Shown: positions 1 through 11,916, counted from the whole stretch's first letter. The stretch is 63,195 nucleotides of DNA, filler included, from Octopus bimaculoides (GCF_001194135.2; 4 parts of 4 records of this genome joined end to end with filler, not necessarily neighbours in it), one strand, 5' to 3'. Program-made: numbers and translations. Notes: generated from the letters alone by a model not told the origin.

Positions 1-105
1 ATATGCACACATAAAAGTTAGCAGTATATATGCAAGGTACGAAAATTTGGTGAGCGCACTAAAATACTAACATATGCTCATATGAACACTCAAATATATT
101 TGCGC

Positions 106-109
<4 letters not shown>

Positions 110-194
<85 letters not shown>

Positions 195-558
195 AAGGTA
201 AGCAGAGTTATATATAGTTACATACATATATATGCTTGTATCTAAGCATATATGTACAGTGAGGAACGTGTGAAGCATATACGCATCAACTCAAATATAC
301 ACACTATGTACCATAGCATACCACCATCCACGTTTACAAACATACCAACAGAGCTTCTACATAAATATTTGTTTGTGTGCGTACGCGCGCGCGTATATGT
401 GTGTGTGTGTGTGTGTGTGCGTGTGTGTGTTTGTGTGTGTTTGTGTGTGTGTGTGTGGACATATATGAAGCACAAACATTTATAAACATATATATTCGTA
501 TATATATATGGATATATACTTGTATGTATGTATATTTGTATATAATGGATACACACAC

Positions 559-611
<53 letters not shown>

Positions 612-612
612 A

Positions 613-652
<40 letters not shown>

Positions 653-814
653 GTCTATTTGTACATACATATATACATATATACAAACACGCACATGAGT
701 GTTTGTGTGTGTGTTAGTGTGACTGTGTGTTTTTGTATGTATATATGAATATTTGTATGTATGTATATTTGTACATAATGGACACACATCTCTCTCTCTC
801 TCTCTCTTTCTGAC

Positions 815-848
<34 letters not shown>

Positions 849-1084
849 CATCCATTCATTCATACATACATTCATACACACACATACATACATACATACA
901 TACATACATACAAATATACATATATATGAGTGTGTTTGTTTGCTTGTGTGTGTGTATGTGTGTGTTTGTGTGTGTAAGTCTGCATGCGTGCGGGCGTGCA
1001 TGAGTGTGTGTGTGTGAAAGAGAGAAAGAGAGCGTGAGAGAGAGAAAGAGAGATAGATAGATAGATAGATAGATAGAGAGAGAG

Positions 1085-1156
<72 letters not shown>

Positions 1157-1170
1157 CGTGTGTGTGTATT
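110..1170. repeat. Compound microsatellite block (CA, TG, TATC, TACA, AG)
   Basis: Directly visible. Confidence 0.98.
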
Positions 1171-1263
1171 CGTGATGACATGCAAATGCTTCGTCATGTG
1201 GCGGTGAAGTCTGTCACTATTTAACGCGTGTCATCACATAAATTCGGTGGTTGATATCGCCTG

Positions 1264-1463
1264 TACTCTTACCGTGACCATTACCACTATAACCGCCACC
1301 ACCACAACCGCCGCCACCACTACTATGATCACCACTGCCATCAACAATCACAACTACAACCACAACCACCACCACCACCACCACCACCACTACCAGCACC
1401 ATTACCAGCACCGACACCACATCACAAGCACCACCAGCACCACCACCTGCACCACCACCTGCA
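1264..1463. repeat. Degenerate (CAC/CAA)n trinucleotide tract
   Basis: Directly visible; ends at gap 1464-2280. Confidence 0.95.
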
Positions 1464-2281
1464 CNNNNNNNNNNNNNNNNNNNNNNNNNNNNNNNNNNNN
1501 NNNNNNNNNNNNNNNNNNNNNNNNNNNNNNNNNNNNNNNNNNNNNNNNNNNNNNNNNNNNNNNNNNNNNNNNNNNNNNNNNNNNNNNNNNNNNNNNNNNN
1601 NNNNNNNNNNNNNNNNNNNNNNNNNNNNNNNNNNNNNNNNNNNNNNNNNNNNNNNNNNNNNNNNNNNNNNNNNNNNNNNNNNNNNNNNNNNNNNNNNNNN
1701 NNNNNNNNNNNNNNNNNNNNNNNNNNNNNNNNNNNNNNNNNNNNNNNNNNNNNNNNNNNNNNNNNNNNNNNNNNNNNNNNNNNNNNNNNNNNNNNNNNNN
1801 NNNNNNNNNNNNNNNNNNNNNNNNNNNNNNNNNNNNNNNNNNNNNNNNNNNNNNNNNNNNNNNNNNNNNNNNNNNNNNNNNNNNNNNNNNNNNNNNNNNN
1901 NNNNNNNNNNNNNNNNNNNNNNNNNNNNNNNNNNNNNNNNNNNNNNNNNNNNNNNNNNNNNNNNNNNNNNNNNNNNNNNNNNNNNNNNNNNNNNNNNNNN
2001 NNNNNNNNNNNNNNNNNNNNNNNNNNNNNNNNNNNNNNNNNNNNNNNNNNNNNNNNNNNNNNNNNNNNNNNNNNNNNNNNNNNNNNNNNNNNNNNNNNNN
2101 NNNNNNNNNNNNNNNNNNNNNNNNNNNNNNNNNNNNNNNNNNNNNNNNNNNNNNNNNNNNNNNNNNNNNNNNNNNNNNNNNNNNNNNNNNNNNNNNNNNN
2201 NNNNNNNNNNNNNNNNNNNNNNNNNNNNNNNNNNNNNNNNNNNNNNNNNNNNNNNNNNNNNNNNNNNNNNNNNNNNNNNNN

Positions 2282-2312
<31 letters not shown>

Positions 2313-2315
<3 letters not shown>

Positions 2316-3553
2316 GGTCGGGAAGCAAAATACTAACATTTGAAACTCTCATTGCGCATTAATAGGTTTAGTAATTAGAAAATTCGTTAATAACATTTAC
2401 ATATAATCGCAAAACGAATAATTAATTCTTGCTTGTAGTTACAGCCTCCACACGGTCCCGGAACCTCGCACAACTCTTTACCACGAAGTCACTGGACATC
2501 TTGGGCCCACTCTTCATTGATGGCAGCCTTCAGAGAGTTGATGTTGGGATGGGAGGTTTTGTTGATGGCATGCTCCAAAATGACCCACGCAGCATAGTCC
2601 AGAGGGCTGAGATCCGGGCTGGAAGAGGGTCAGAAATCCGTAGGCCAGAAAACAGCAAAGTTTGATTTGCAGACATTCTGTACCTTCTTGGTAGTATGGC
2701 TGGAAGCACCATCCTGAATCCACACACACTCGCCCTCCGGGTAGTTGGCCTTGAACCATAGCAAGTAATGGTACCTCAGCGTCATGTAGTAGGCGTCTGC
2801 ACCTACCTTTCCTTCAGGTTTGCAGAAGTAGATGGGCATCTTTCTTCCGTCGTAGGCTACAATACCGAAGGCCATGACCTGGGCTTCAAGTGTTGTTCTG
2901 AAGGTGTCTCTGACGTCAGTTGCTGATTCCGCAATGTACCAATCGTTTCTGCGGTTCACAACGGCATCCACTGTGAAGATTTCTCCTCAGAGAAAATGTT
3001 CACCGTGGACCCGTTCTTCTTGAGGCATGTGAAAACCTTTCTGCATCCTTCCAGTATCCTGGCCTTTATAGGTTCTGTCAGTAGATGTATCGGTGTCCTA
3101 GTGTAGGACTTGAGATCCAAGTCATTATTCACAACTGTTCTGATGGTCTTGGGCTCCTCCACTTCAAGTTCAGAAGCCAGCTTTCTCATGGACGTTGTTG
3201 GATCCGTTGAAATTTTGGACTTGAGAGTGTTGATGAAGTCTTGATTCCGCTTCTTGTTAGGTCCACTGCTGCCAGACTTCCTCTCAACGCCGTTTCCCAT
3301 GTTCAGTCTCTTCTTGAAGCTATAAACTGTGCACAAGGATACTCTGACTATGCTTAAGATCCTCTTCGGATCGACTTGTGCACAGACCAGATCACATACT
3401 CTGCATTGTCATATTCTCCAATATTCCTGTAGAAAAGAGTTTATTATTAGCTGACGATGCATTCTTTATTCTGCATTAGGTTTCATACCATTTGGTGTAG
3501 TGGTTGGTGTGAAATATCAATGTAACCTTTAATGCAAGTTTTGCTTCCCCGTG
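2313..3553 (-). mobile_element. Decayed Tc1/mariner DNA transposon, DD37D (maT-type), ~1.24 kb
   Basis: Begins after TA with CAGGGTCGGGAAGCAAAA; imperfect inverted copy TTTTGCTTCCCCGTG at ~3539-3553. Minus-strand transposase pieces (tracks 2956..3336, 2630..2971 and beyond) contain an HTH region, FSEEK, QDGASSH and F*PSSSPDLSPLDY, with 37 residues between the 2nd and 3rd Asp. Confidence 0.9.
2427..3415 (-). pseudogene. maT/DD37D transposase pseudogene (frameshifts, TGG-to-TGA stop)
   Basis: Split over at least three frames; in-frame stop in the WPxxSPDL motif at ~2630. Confidence 0.85.
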
Positions 3554-4139
3554 TGTGTGTGTGTGTGTATGCATGTATATATATATATATGCATATAAAT
3601 ATGTATAAATATATGTATATATATGTATATATATATATATANNNNNNNNNNNNNNNNNNNNNNNNNNNNNNNNNNNNNNNNNNNNNNNNNNNNNNNNNNN
3701 NNNNNNNNNNNNNNNNNNNNNNNNNNNNNNNNNNNNNNNNNNNNNNNNNNNNNNNNNNNNNNNNNNNNNNNNNNNNNNNNNNNNNNNNNNNNNNNNNNNN
3801 NNNNNNNNNNNNNNNNNNNNNNNNNNNNNNNNNNNNNNNNNNNNNNNNNNNNNNNNNNNNNNNNNNNNNNNNNNNNNNNNNNNNNNNNNNNNNNNNNNNN
3901 NNNNNNNNNNNNNNNNNNNNNNNNNNNNNNNNNNNNNNNNNNNNNNNNNNNNNNNNNNNNNNNNNNNNNNNNNNNNNNNNNNNNNNNNNNNNNNNNNNNN
4001 NNNNNNNNNNNNNNNNNNNNNNNNNNNNNNNNNNNNNNNNNNNNNNNNNNNNNNNNNNNNNNNNNNNNNNNNNNNNNNNNNNNNNNNNNNNNNNNNNNNN
4101 NNNNNNNNNNNNNNNNNNNNNNNNNNNNNNNNNNNNNNN

Positions 4140-4187
<48 letters not shown>

Positions 4188-4431
4188 TGTATGTATGTAT
4201 ATGTATATATACTTTTAAAAAATTAATTTATACTGTATATCGTGTATACTTTTTACACTTTCTTTTATGTCTTACCATTCTATGTATATCCCTACACTTT
4301 ATGTCTGTCTTTGTATCTTTTCACTTATTCATCTCCTCAGGGACAAATAAAAGAAATCATCATCATCATCATCAATGTAATCAACTTATCAACTCCTCCC
4401 AAATTGCTGGCCTTGTGCCAAAATTTGAGCC

Positions 4432-4491
<60 letters not shown>

Positions 4492-4499
4492 TATTATTG

Positions 4500-4650
4500 A
4501 GTGAGAGACCAGTGCATGCCATCAAAGTGACACTGGGGTAAAATATACGAAGCCCATTATACCCATCATGACTACCCGTCTGATAAGGGTACACCAGGCA
4601 CATGCATCACAACCATATGTACGCGACATAGTGATCTCATATCAAGATAA
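4500..4650 (-). mobile_element. Family E repeat 3' end with (AAT)n tail
   Basis: Reverse complement of 41020-41157; (TAT)n at 4432-4498 is its tail. Confidence 0.85.
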
Positions 4651-4965
4651 ANNNNNNNNNNNNNNNNNNNNNNNNNNNNNNNNNNNNNNNNNNNNNNNNN
4701 NNNNNNNNNNNNNNNNNNNNNNNNNNNNNNNNNNNNNNNNNNNNNNNNNNNNNNNNNNNNNNNNNNNNNNNNNNNNNNNNNNNNNNNNNNNNNNNNNNNN
4801 NNNNNNNNNNNNNNNNNNNNNNNNNNNNNNNNNNNNNNNNNNNNNNNNNNNNNNNNNNNNNNNCCCATCTTTTTATACCAAGACAAAACAATGTACATGA
4901 TAACACTTCCAATCAATTAAGATTAGAAGCCATGAGAGTCACTGCCTGGTACTGCATCCGGGTAT

Positions 4966-4978
4966 TATTATTATTAGT

Positions 4979-5076
<98 letters not shown>

Positions 5077-5218
5077 ATTCCGCCGAGGTCGTTTTTGCCT
5101 TTCATCCTTTCAGGGTCGGCGAAATAAACACCAGTGAAATACTGGGATCGAAGGAATCGACAATTTCCTTTCCGATAAAATCAAGGCCTTGTGCCTATAG
5201 TAGAAAAGATTATCATTA

Positions 5219-5298
<80 letters not shown>
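4966..5298. repeat. (TTG)n/(TTA)n tracts flanking a SINE
   Basis: Directly visible. Confidence 0.95.
5075..5213 (+). mobile_element. SINE family A, 5'-truncated, between (TTG/TTA)n tracts
   Basis: AAATTCCGCCGAGGTCG..TTTGCCTTTCATCCTTTCAGGGTCG...GGCCTTGTGCCTATAGTAGAAAAGATTAT. Confidence 0.85.
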
Positions 5299-5606
5299 TA
5301 TGAAGGTGTACTACATCGAATGGTTAGGTTATCCACAATTAGAAAAAAAGGACTAAACGCAATTAGAAAGTAGAGTGTCTGCACGTCTGTGTGAATGTGT
5401 GAATGTGTGTGTGTGTGTGTGTGTGCGTGTGTGTGTGTGTGCGTGCGTGCGTGCGCGCAAACAGTGCTTGTGCACTTCCACTTGAATTTGTTTATCGTCA
5501 ACAGTTAAATATTCTTCAGCATGAAAACATAAATATACATACACGAGCAGAGCTAAGTAAATATACATGCAAATATCCATTCGTATGTACATACAAACAT
5601 ACACTA

Positions 5607-5622
5607 ATCTATCTATCTATCC

Positions 5623-5683
<61 letters not shown>

Positions 5684-5692
5684 CCTATCCAT

Positions 5693-5749
<57 letters not shown>

Positions 5750-5760
5750 CATTTATCTAC

Positions 5761-5822
<62 letters not shown>

Positions 5823-5870
5823 GTCTGTCTGCCTGTCTGTCTATCCATCTCTCTACCTATTTGTCTATAC
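5607..5870. repeat. (TATC)n tetranucleotide array
   Basis: Directly visible. Confidence 0.98.
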
Positions 5871-5904
5871 CAGACATACCTTTATAGACACTCATATACG
5901 CACA

Positions 5905-5957
<53 letters not shown>

Positions 5958-6370
5958 TGTACATGCATGCACATATATATATGTAGGAATGTGCGTTATT
6001 TGCATGCGTCTGTGTGTGTGTGTGGGTATGTGCGTGTTTATGCCTCTATGTAAAGCTATATATATACACGAGGAACGTATTGATAAAAGGTTGCTAAACA
6101 ATATACACGATAAAAACAACAACAGCAAAAGCATCTACAACAACAATAATATCCAGGGAAAAATTAGATTAAATCATTTGTCCACGTGATTTTGTTGCTG
6201 TTCTGGCTCTTGTTTACTCAGCAGTTATATAAGCATCGTCGTATTCTTCTTAGTCTCCAACCTTTAATCTTCAATCTTTAATCTTAAAACTTCAGCTTCG
6301 ATTCCAAGTTGAAATCTGTTTTAACAATCTCCCGTTTGCATCATATACACACGCAAACCTAAGTACACAC

Positions 6371-6449
<79 letters not shown>

Positions 6450-6656
6450 CACATACACATACACACACACACACACACGCACACGTTTATCACACACATG
6501 TACCTATATACATATTTACATATTCACACATAACACGCGCGCGCACACACGCACGACCACATAACTGCATACCTGTGCACCTATATGCACATTCACGTTT
6601 ACCTTAATGTCACAGAGATAGACACACTACACCGCACTCATATATAGACATCCAAT

Positions 6657-6694
<38 letters not shown>

Positions 6695-6979
6695 GTACCA
6701 CACTTACATACACACACATATGCACACATGCGCACACAAATAGACACATATATACATATATATACTTTATTACAGAGATGTAAAGGTATACAGTGAATTG
6801 AATAACTGCTCTGATACATGCTCTGATAGCGACTCACACTCACAAATGCACACACATGTGCGAGCAAGCAACCGTATGCACACACACACACACACAAACC
6901 AAGAACAGCGCACTCAGCTACCATATGCATACGTACGCACGGACATACACGCATACACATCCCCGCTCTTGTAGTTAAC

Positions 6980-6993
6980 AGCTGTTTTCACAG
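6980..6993 (+). promoter_or_regulatory. Probable splice acceptor 25 nt upstream of the ATG (implies an upstream non-coding exon)
   Basis: GCTGTTTTCACAG|ACGTG with a pyrimidine tract; AG at 6992-6993. Confidence 0.55.
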
Positions 6994-7018
6994 ACGTGAA
7001 GCGATCGACTGCTTAGTG

Positions 7019-7558
7019 ATGGAGATGTGTTGGCGGCATGCCTTTCTTCTCCTTATTTTAGCCTCTAAAGCTGCTTGCTCATTTTCTGTCCCGCCTGTCG
7101 CCGATCATAGCGTTGACGTGCTCTTAAAAGAATCACCATCTTCGTCGGTATCAGCGCAAACAGTACGACACCCCGTAGCGTCACCCGTATCCCAGTCACA
7201 ACCACAAGTACCCGAAACAGTATCAGAACCTGCAGTATCCCAAAGGGTACAACGAACTGTACCCGAGTCACCAACTGACCAGCCGGGAGCAGCATTACCA
7301 TCTGTACGTGAGTCACAGCTAAAAGGACAACCACTAGCGCCACCACCACCGCTGGCACAAGTTCAGTTAGCAACATTATCAACATCAGCAACATCATCAA
7401 CATCGTCATCACCACCAAAAGGATCAGAAGAAGTAGTACGAGACACGATTTATGGCAAAGTTAGAGGTTTCGTCAAAGAGGTTCTTCCCGGAAAGTTTGC
7501 GGAATATTATCTTGGAGTACCTTATGCTGCCCCACCTGTCGGAAAACTTCGTTTCGAG
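7019..7558 (+). CDS. First coding exon of a secreted/membrane type-B carboxylesterase-cholinesterase family gene (neuroligin-like)
   Basis: ATG at 7019 (the track GTG at 7016 is upstream). It encodes a hydrophobic signal peptide MEMCWRHAFLLLILASKAACS, a low-complexity spacer, then VRDTIYGKVRG...YYLGVPYAAPPVGKLRFE, the conserved N-terminal COesterase motif (YLGVPYA is neuroligin-like). The frame runs into GAG|GTAATA, a phase-0 donor at 7559. Neuroligin versus another esterase cannot be settled from this exon alone. Confidence 0.9.
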
Positions 7559-7564
7559 GTAATA
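7559..7564 (+). promoter_or_regulatory. Splice donor of the esterase/neuroligin-like exon
   Basis: GAG|GTAATA; esterase homology stops exactly here and the ORF ends in an AT-rich stop shortly after. Confidence 0.85.
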
Positions 7565-7582
7565 ATAATTTTCACTTTGTAG

Positions 7583-7678
7583 CCACGTAGTTTTCGGTTC
7601 ACTCCCATTGCACGGCCTGTTTGGCAAATGTCTTCTATTATAGCCCGGTCGACTGATGCCTTGTGAGCGAATTTCGTA
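7583..7678 (+). mobile_element. Degenerate family C (CORE-type) SINE just downstream of the exon donor
   Basis: GGTTCACTCCCATTGCACGGC..TTTGGCAAATGTCTTCTATTATAGCCCGG..GAC..ATGCCTTGTGAG. Confidence 0.65.
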
Positions 7679-7942
7679 TGTATGTATGTATGTATGTATG
7701 TATGTATGTATGTATGTATGTGTATACGTATATATGATAGTATAATTTATTGTGTTATATATTGAACTAAAATTTTACAAATACTACATATAGTGCAAGA
7801 TTCGCCGGAAAGGAAGAGTAGAATATGCTACACCCTGGGCTCAATGTTTTGTTCCTGTGTAAAGCCAAACTGCCATCTGTTGTTAAAAATTGATCTAATA
7901 GTCGAGATATTTTCGGGACCCGATATATTTTAAATTTAACTA

Positions 7943-8786
7943 CCGTATTTACCGGCGTATAAGACGCACTTTGTTTGGTTGCTTTTAAATGCATCAAAAA
8001 ATTGTTCTGCGTCTAACGTGGCTCTATTATGGATGGGAGACCGAGTATCGTAGTCTAAGAGTCCTGATGAGCATACGTCTGTTAAGTGCAATAATTGTTA
8101 CTGATAATAAAATATTGGAAACAGCCCAAATGATCACAGATAGTACGAACTTACCAATAATTACTTACTGTACGTCGGCAGATATGTAAGTCACATTGCA
8201 TCGTTATACCTTACTCCTCAGCATACATAACCTACACCTGATATGTGTTTTACATTATTTAATGAATCTGCTATCTTTAAGAAACATTTTTATTAATTAC
8301 TTAAACGAAAAATTCTCCTAGAATGATGGAAGAAATGTTAACATGCTCTCATTCATCTATCAGCTATTTGCAGCGAGTGGATGACAACAAATTCATAGTG
8401 ATGGGGCATCACCCTAGCGTTAATCTTAGTTACGTAAAACTTTACAGCCAGAAATACAAGATTTTACATCCTGTGTGGCAATTTTCTTGAGAAAAATATG
8501 AGCAATTATACAATTTAAATGACAGAAGAAACACTGTACTCCTTTGATGTAGCATATTTATAATGAATTTATGGTTCCATACTTTATTCCAGTATACTTC
8601 CACAACAGAGTATTTATTTGTACAGGATCATACATTTTTTTCCGAGAAAACCACTTTAGAAAATATTTCAATAATATCTTTGTAAAATAATGTGCGTCTT
8701 ATGCGAGGGTGCGTCTTACTCGAGGTTACATCTTAAGCGAATTTGTGACTTAAGCGAGGGTGCGTCTTATATGCCGGAAAATAGGG
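7943..8786. mobile_element. Non-autonomous Tc2/pogo-like DNA transposon
   Basis: TIR CCGTATTTACCGGCGTATAAGACGCAC (7943) versus GTGCGTCTTATATGCCGGAAAATAGG (to 8786); TA on both flanks; GTGCGTCTTA repeated three times near the right end. Confidence 0.85.
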
Positions 8787-8792
8787 TAATTA

Positions 8793-9016
8793 TGAGGGGG
8801 TGCTGTAAAGTTCCTGGCTTTGGGTAAAAGAAAATACAAAAGGATCGGTTAATTATAATTTTATTCAACATATTCCCCTCTTAGATTCATACACTTATTG
8901 CAACGATCTTTCAGATTTTTTAAGCCCTGTAAAAGAATTCGGAGGGTTGGCCCTCCAGCCAGGCCTTTCACGTTACGCTTAAAGCCTTTAAGCCAGACAC
9001 TTTTCACCTCCCCTCG
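8793..9016. mobile_element. Mariner-type MITE (~225 bp)
   Basis: TA|TGAGGGGGTGCTGTAAAGTTCCTGGCT ... AGCCAGACACTTTTCACCTCCCCTCG|TA; imperfect ~27-bp TIRs with TA flanks. Confidence 0.75.
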
Positions 9017-9514
9017 TACAATATTACAATAGTGAAACTGAATGACAATAATGAATGGTCCGACTTAATTTTTATTGGATGAAAGAATACAATAATTGAG
9101 TTTAATTATTTTTATATTTCTAGCAAATGAAATCTGTTGAATAAAAAATATCATTTCTAATATTTTATTGAGGCATCATAATGTTAATCAACCGCCTTAA
9201 ATCAGATCTGGACTTTTAAACACGTGATAAACATTTTATTGTGCAGTTTCAACTTAAACATCATGTTGCTATGTGAACATACAACAATAATATGTTAAAA
9301 TTGGTACAGTCACATTTTCAATGTTAGACCACTAAAAGAAATACACGTTATATTAAGGTTATATACCAAGGGAGTACTTAACTAATGGTTAACTAATACT
9401 TAACTAATTCGGAATAAGATGACAGGCCGCAGTAGTTTAGACGTTGACATTTTGGCTCACTCAATTATCTGGATATTCAGCCCGTTTTGGCGACAGTACT
9501 CTTTGGTTTTGAAG

Positions 9515-9577
<63 letters not shown>

Positions 9578-10019
9578 TAGATAGATAGAAAGATAGACAG
9601 AGAGAGAGAGAGGGTGAGAGAAAAAGAGAGAGTGAACGAGAAGAACATTATCACCACTACGACCTGCACACATAATACATACATACATACATATATCATG
9701 CATACATACACACATAAGGTATATTATATATATGTGTGTGCACGTGTGTGTGTGTGTGTGTGTGCATGCATATATATATATACATATATGTATTTGTATA
9801 TTTGTATAAATATATGATGGTCACTCCCGTCGATTTCGACGTATGAGTGTTTGAAGGAGATGATTTAAAGAAGAAAAAAAAATGAGATAAAAACAAAACA
9901 ACTTTTAAAATAAAATAGCAAAAGAAGCTGCATGTATTTGCGATGGATACGTGAATGTAATTTGAGTCCAGATATGGATTTTGCTATGGCGTCACAATGG
10001 GAACACTAATGATTTTGAT

Positions 10020-10893
10020 TGGGATTGGGCAAATGTGTCTGTTGATTGTTGGATATGATTCTTTTATTGTTCTGTTTCTTCAACTCAAATTGTTTTGATG
10101 CATCATGACACATTTTGTGCCATGCTGAACGATCTAGGCAATGACTTTCCCAAGATGTCAAGTTAAACTGTAGAGATTTTAGTGATTGCTTCAGCTTATC
10201 TTTATACCTAAGGACAAGTCTTCCTTTACCGCAGTCTCCCTTTACTTGTTGACCATACAGAGAATTTTCTGAATGCGATCATCTTTCATTCGAGCAATCT
10301 ACCCATCTGCACTGAATTCTCAGCAGCATGCTTTGGATACTGGGGATTTTTCTAAAATTTTGACAACTGATATCTGATCCTGCCATTTTATGTTGCCGAT
10401 ATTGTGCAGACAGCACATGTAAAAGGTTCCAAGTTTCCTTATATGTCTGTAGTTGGGAGTTGATGTTCCTGCCCCATAAAAAGTGTGCTCAAAATATAAG
10501 ATTTGTACACACTTATTTTTGTTTTCAGTTTGACACTGTGTTCATCTCACAACCGATGCGCAAGTTTTCCGAAAGCATCTGCAGCCTTAGACATTCTGAC
10601 ATTGATTTCCTCATCAAAGTACTCCTAAAGTTATTTGTACTTCTAAGATATTTAAATGACCCCTGACCCATTTGAGTGGCTTGTTGCCAATCATCACGTT
10701 TGAATCTTGAGCATGATTTGCCCAAGGCTTTCTTTGAAATAAAACTTCAGTCTTCTTGATGCTGACAGCCAGTCTAAATGCACGTGCTACCACAGCAGAC
10801 CTGTCTACAGTTTCTTGAATACCCTTAAATGTATGAGAAATTAGAGCACAATTATCAGCAAATAGTATGTCACGTAGAATCTCTTTCTTGGTC
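10020..10893 (-). mobile_element. RTE-clade non-LTR retrotransposon relic (RT C-terminal half)
   Basis: Minus-strand translation ILFADNCAL...AFRLAVSIKKTEVL, FKYL, TKISVYKSYILSTLFYGAET, KWQDQIS, ARMKDDRIQKILYG, DRSAWHK; many stops and frameshifts. Confidence 0.85.
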
Positions 10894-10928
10894 TTATGTA
10901 AACACACACACACACTACGCATGCACAC

Positions 10929-10966
<38 letters not shown>

Positions 10967-11005
10967 TAAATCTCTGAACGAGATATAAACACTAACTGCA
11001 CGACA

Positions 11006-11338
11006 ACGTGAAGTATATTTGCCACTTAAATGTGGCTAGACACTAAGGGCGAATGCTACTGTTGCTTTTAGCCCCAGGAGAACATCTCCTCCAGCTGGCT
11101 ATTGACACACTTTCTGTGCCCTGTCGGTATTTGCAAAGGGAAGTCATCCTTCCCATCGTTGATCCGACGTGATACGCACGGACTCGAGTTTCTGAGTATT
11201 ACCCGTCATCAGCGTATACCGACAGGGCACAGAAAGCGTGTCAATAGCCAGCTGGAGGAGATGTTCTCTTGAGGCTAAAAGCAACAGTAGCATTCACCCT
11301 TAGGGTCTAGCCGCATTTAAGTGGCAAATATACTTCAC

Positions 11339-11340
<2 letters not shown>
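11006..11340. repeat. Foldback: 125-bp inverted arms (11006-11130 / 11216-11340) with an 85-bp spacer
   Basis: Manual alignment gives 119/125 identity between the left arm and the reverse complement of the right arm. Confidence 0.95.
11178..11215 (-). ncRNA. Minimal type-I hammerhead ribozyme motif
   Basis: Minus strand reads ACG-CUGAUGA-C-GGGUAAUACUC-A-GAAAC-UCGA-GUC-CGU: complete core, short helix II, 2-bp helix III with a palindromic UCGA loop, GUC cleavage triplet, ACG/CGU helix I. The 10.1/11.1 position is a C-A mismatch. Confidence 0.75.
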
Positions 11341-11382
<42 letters not shown>

Positions 11383-11838
11383 NNNNNNNNNNNNNNNNNN
11401 NNNNNNNNNNNNNNNNNNNNNNNNNNNNNNNNNNNNNNNNNNNNNNNNNNNNNNNNNNNNNNNNNNNNNNNNNNNNNNNNNNNNNNNNNNNNNNNNNNNN
11501 NNNNNNNNNNNNNNNNNNNNNNNNNNNNNNNNNNNNNNNNNNNNNNNNNNNNNNNNNNNNNNNNNNNNNNNNNNNNNNNNNNNNNNNNNNNNNNNNNNNN
11601 NNNNNNNNNNNNNNNNNNNNNNNNNNNNNNNNNNNNNNNNNNNNNNNNNNATATATATATATATAAATTCAGATTACGACAAACGTAAATAAACAAACGA
11701 AGTTTGCTTTTAGAAGCGTTGAGATGTTTTTTTAGAAAGTTAAAGAAGTGATTTTTAAATTCTCAATCGCAGGATAATGCAAATAATATATTGCATGTAT
11801 AGGATAAACTACCCCTATTTTGCAGAAAAAAGTGTAGG

Positions 11839-11916
11839 TGGTTAGCTGTGGACTCGAACTCACATCTCCGTGATTACGCGTCACGATGCTCTGACCGATT
11901 GAGCTAAACTCCCCCC
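11839..11916 (-). pseudogene. tRNA-like relic (tRNA pseudogene or SINE head), anticodon-loop CGT
   Basis: Minus strand: GGGGAGTTTA-GCTC-AATCGGTCA-GAGC-AT-CGTGA-CGCGTAA-TCACG-GAGAT-GTGAG-TTCGAGT-CCAC-AGCTAACCA. D and anticodon stems are perfect; T stem has a 1-nt deletion; acceptor stem is mismatched. Confidence 0.65.

Noticed and set aside
90-6474. Dozens of long ORFs with CV, HT, YI, LSIY, ER or poly-L/I/Y/H content (pattern recurs throughout the window)
   Set aside because: Translations of microsatellites that lack stop codons; no domain signal.
7065-7418. 117-aa antisense ORF
   Set aside because: Shadow of the real + strand exon.
8060-8080. Other CUGAUGA/CUGACGA words (8067, ~17125, minus ~15331, minus ~22516, ~34860)
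   Set aside because: No correctly placed GAAA/NUH and helices, so not called as hammerheads.
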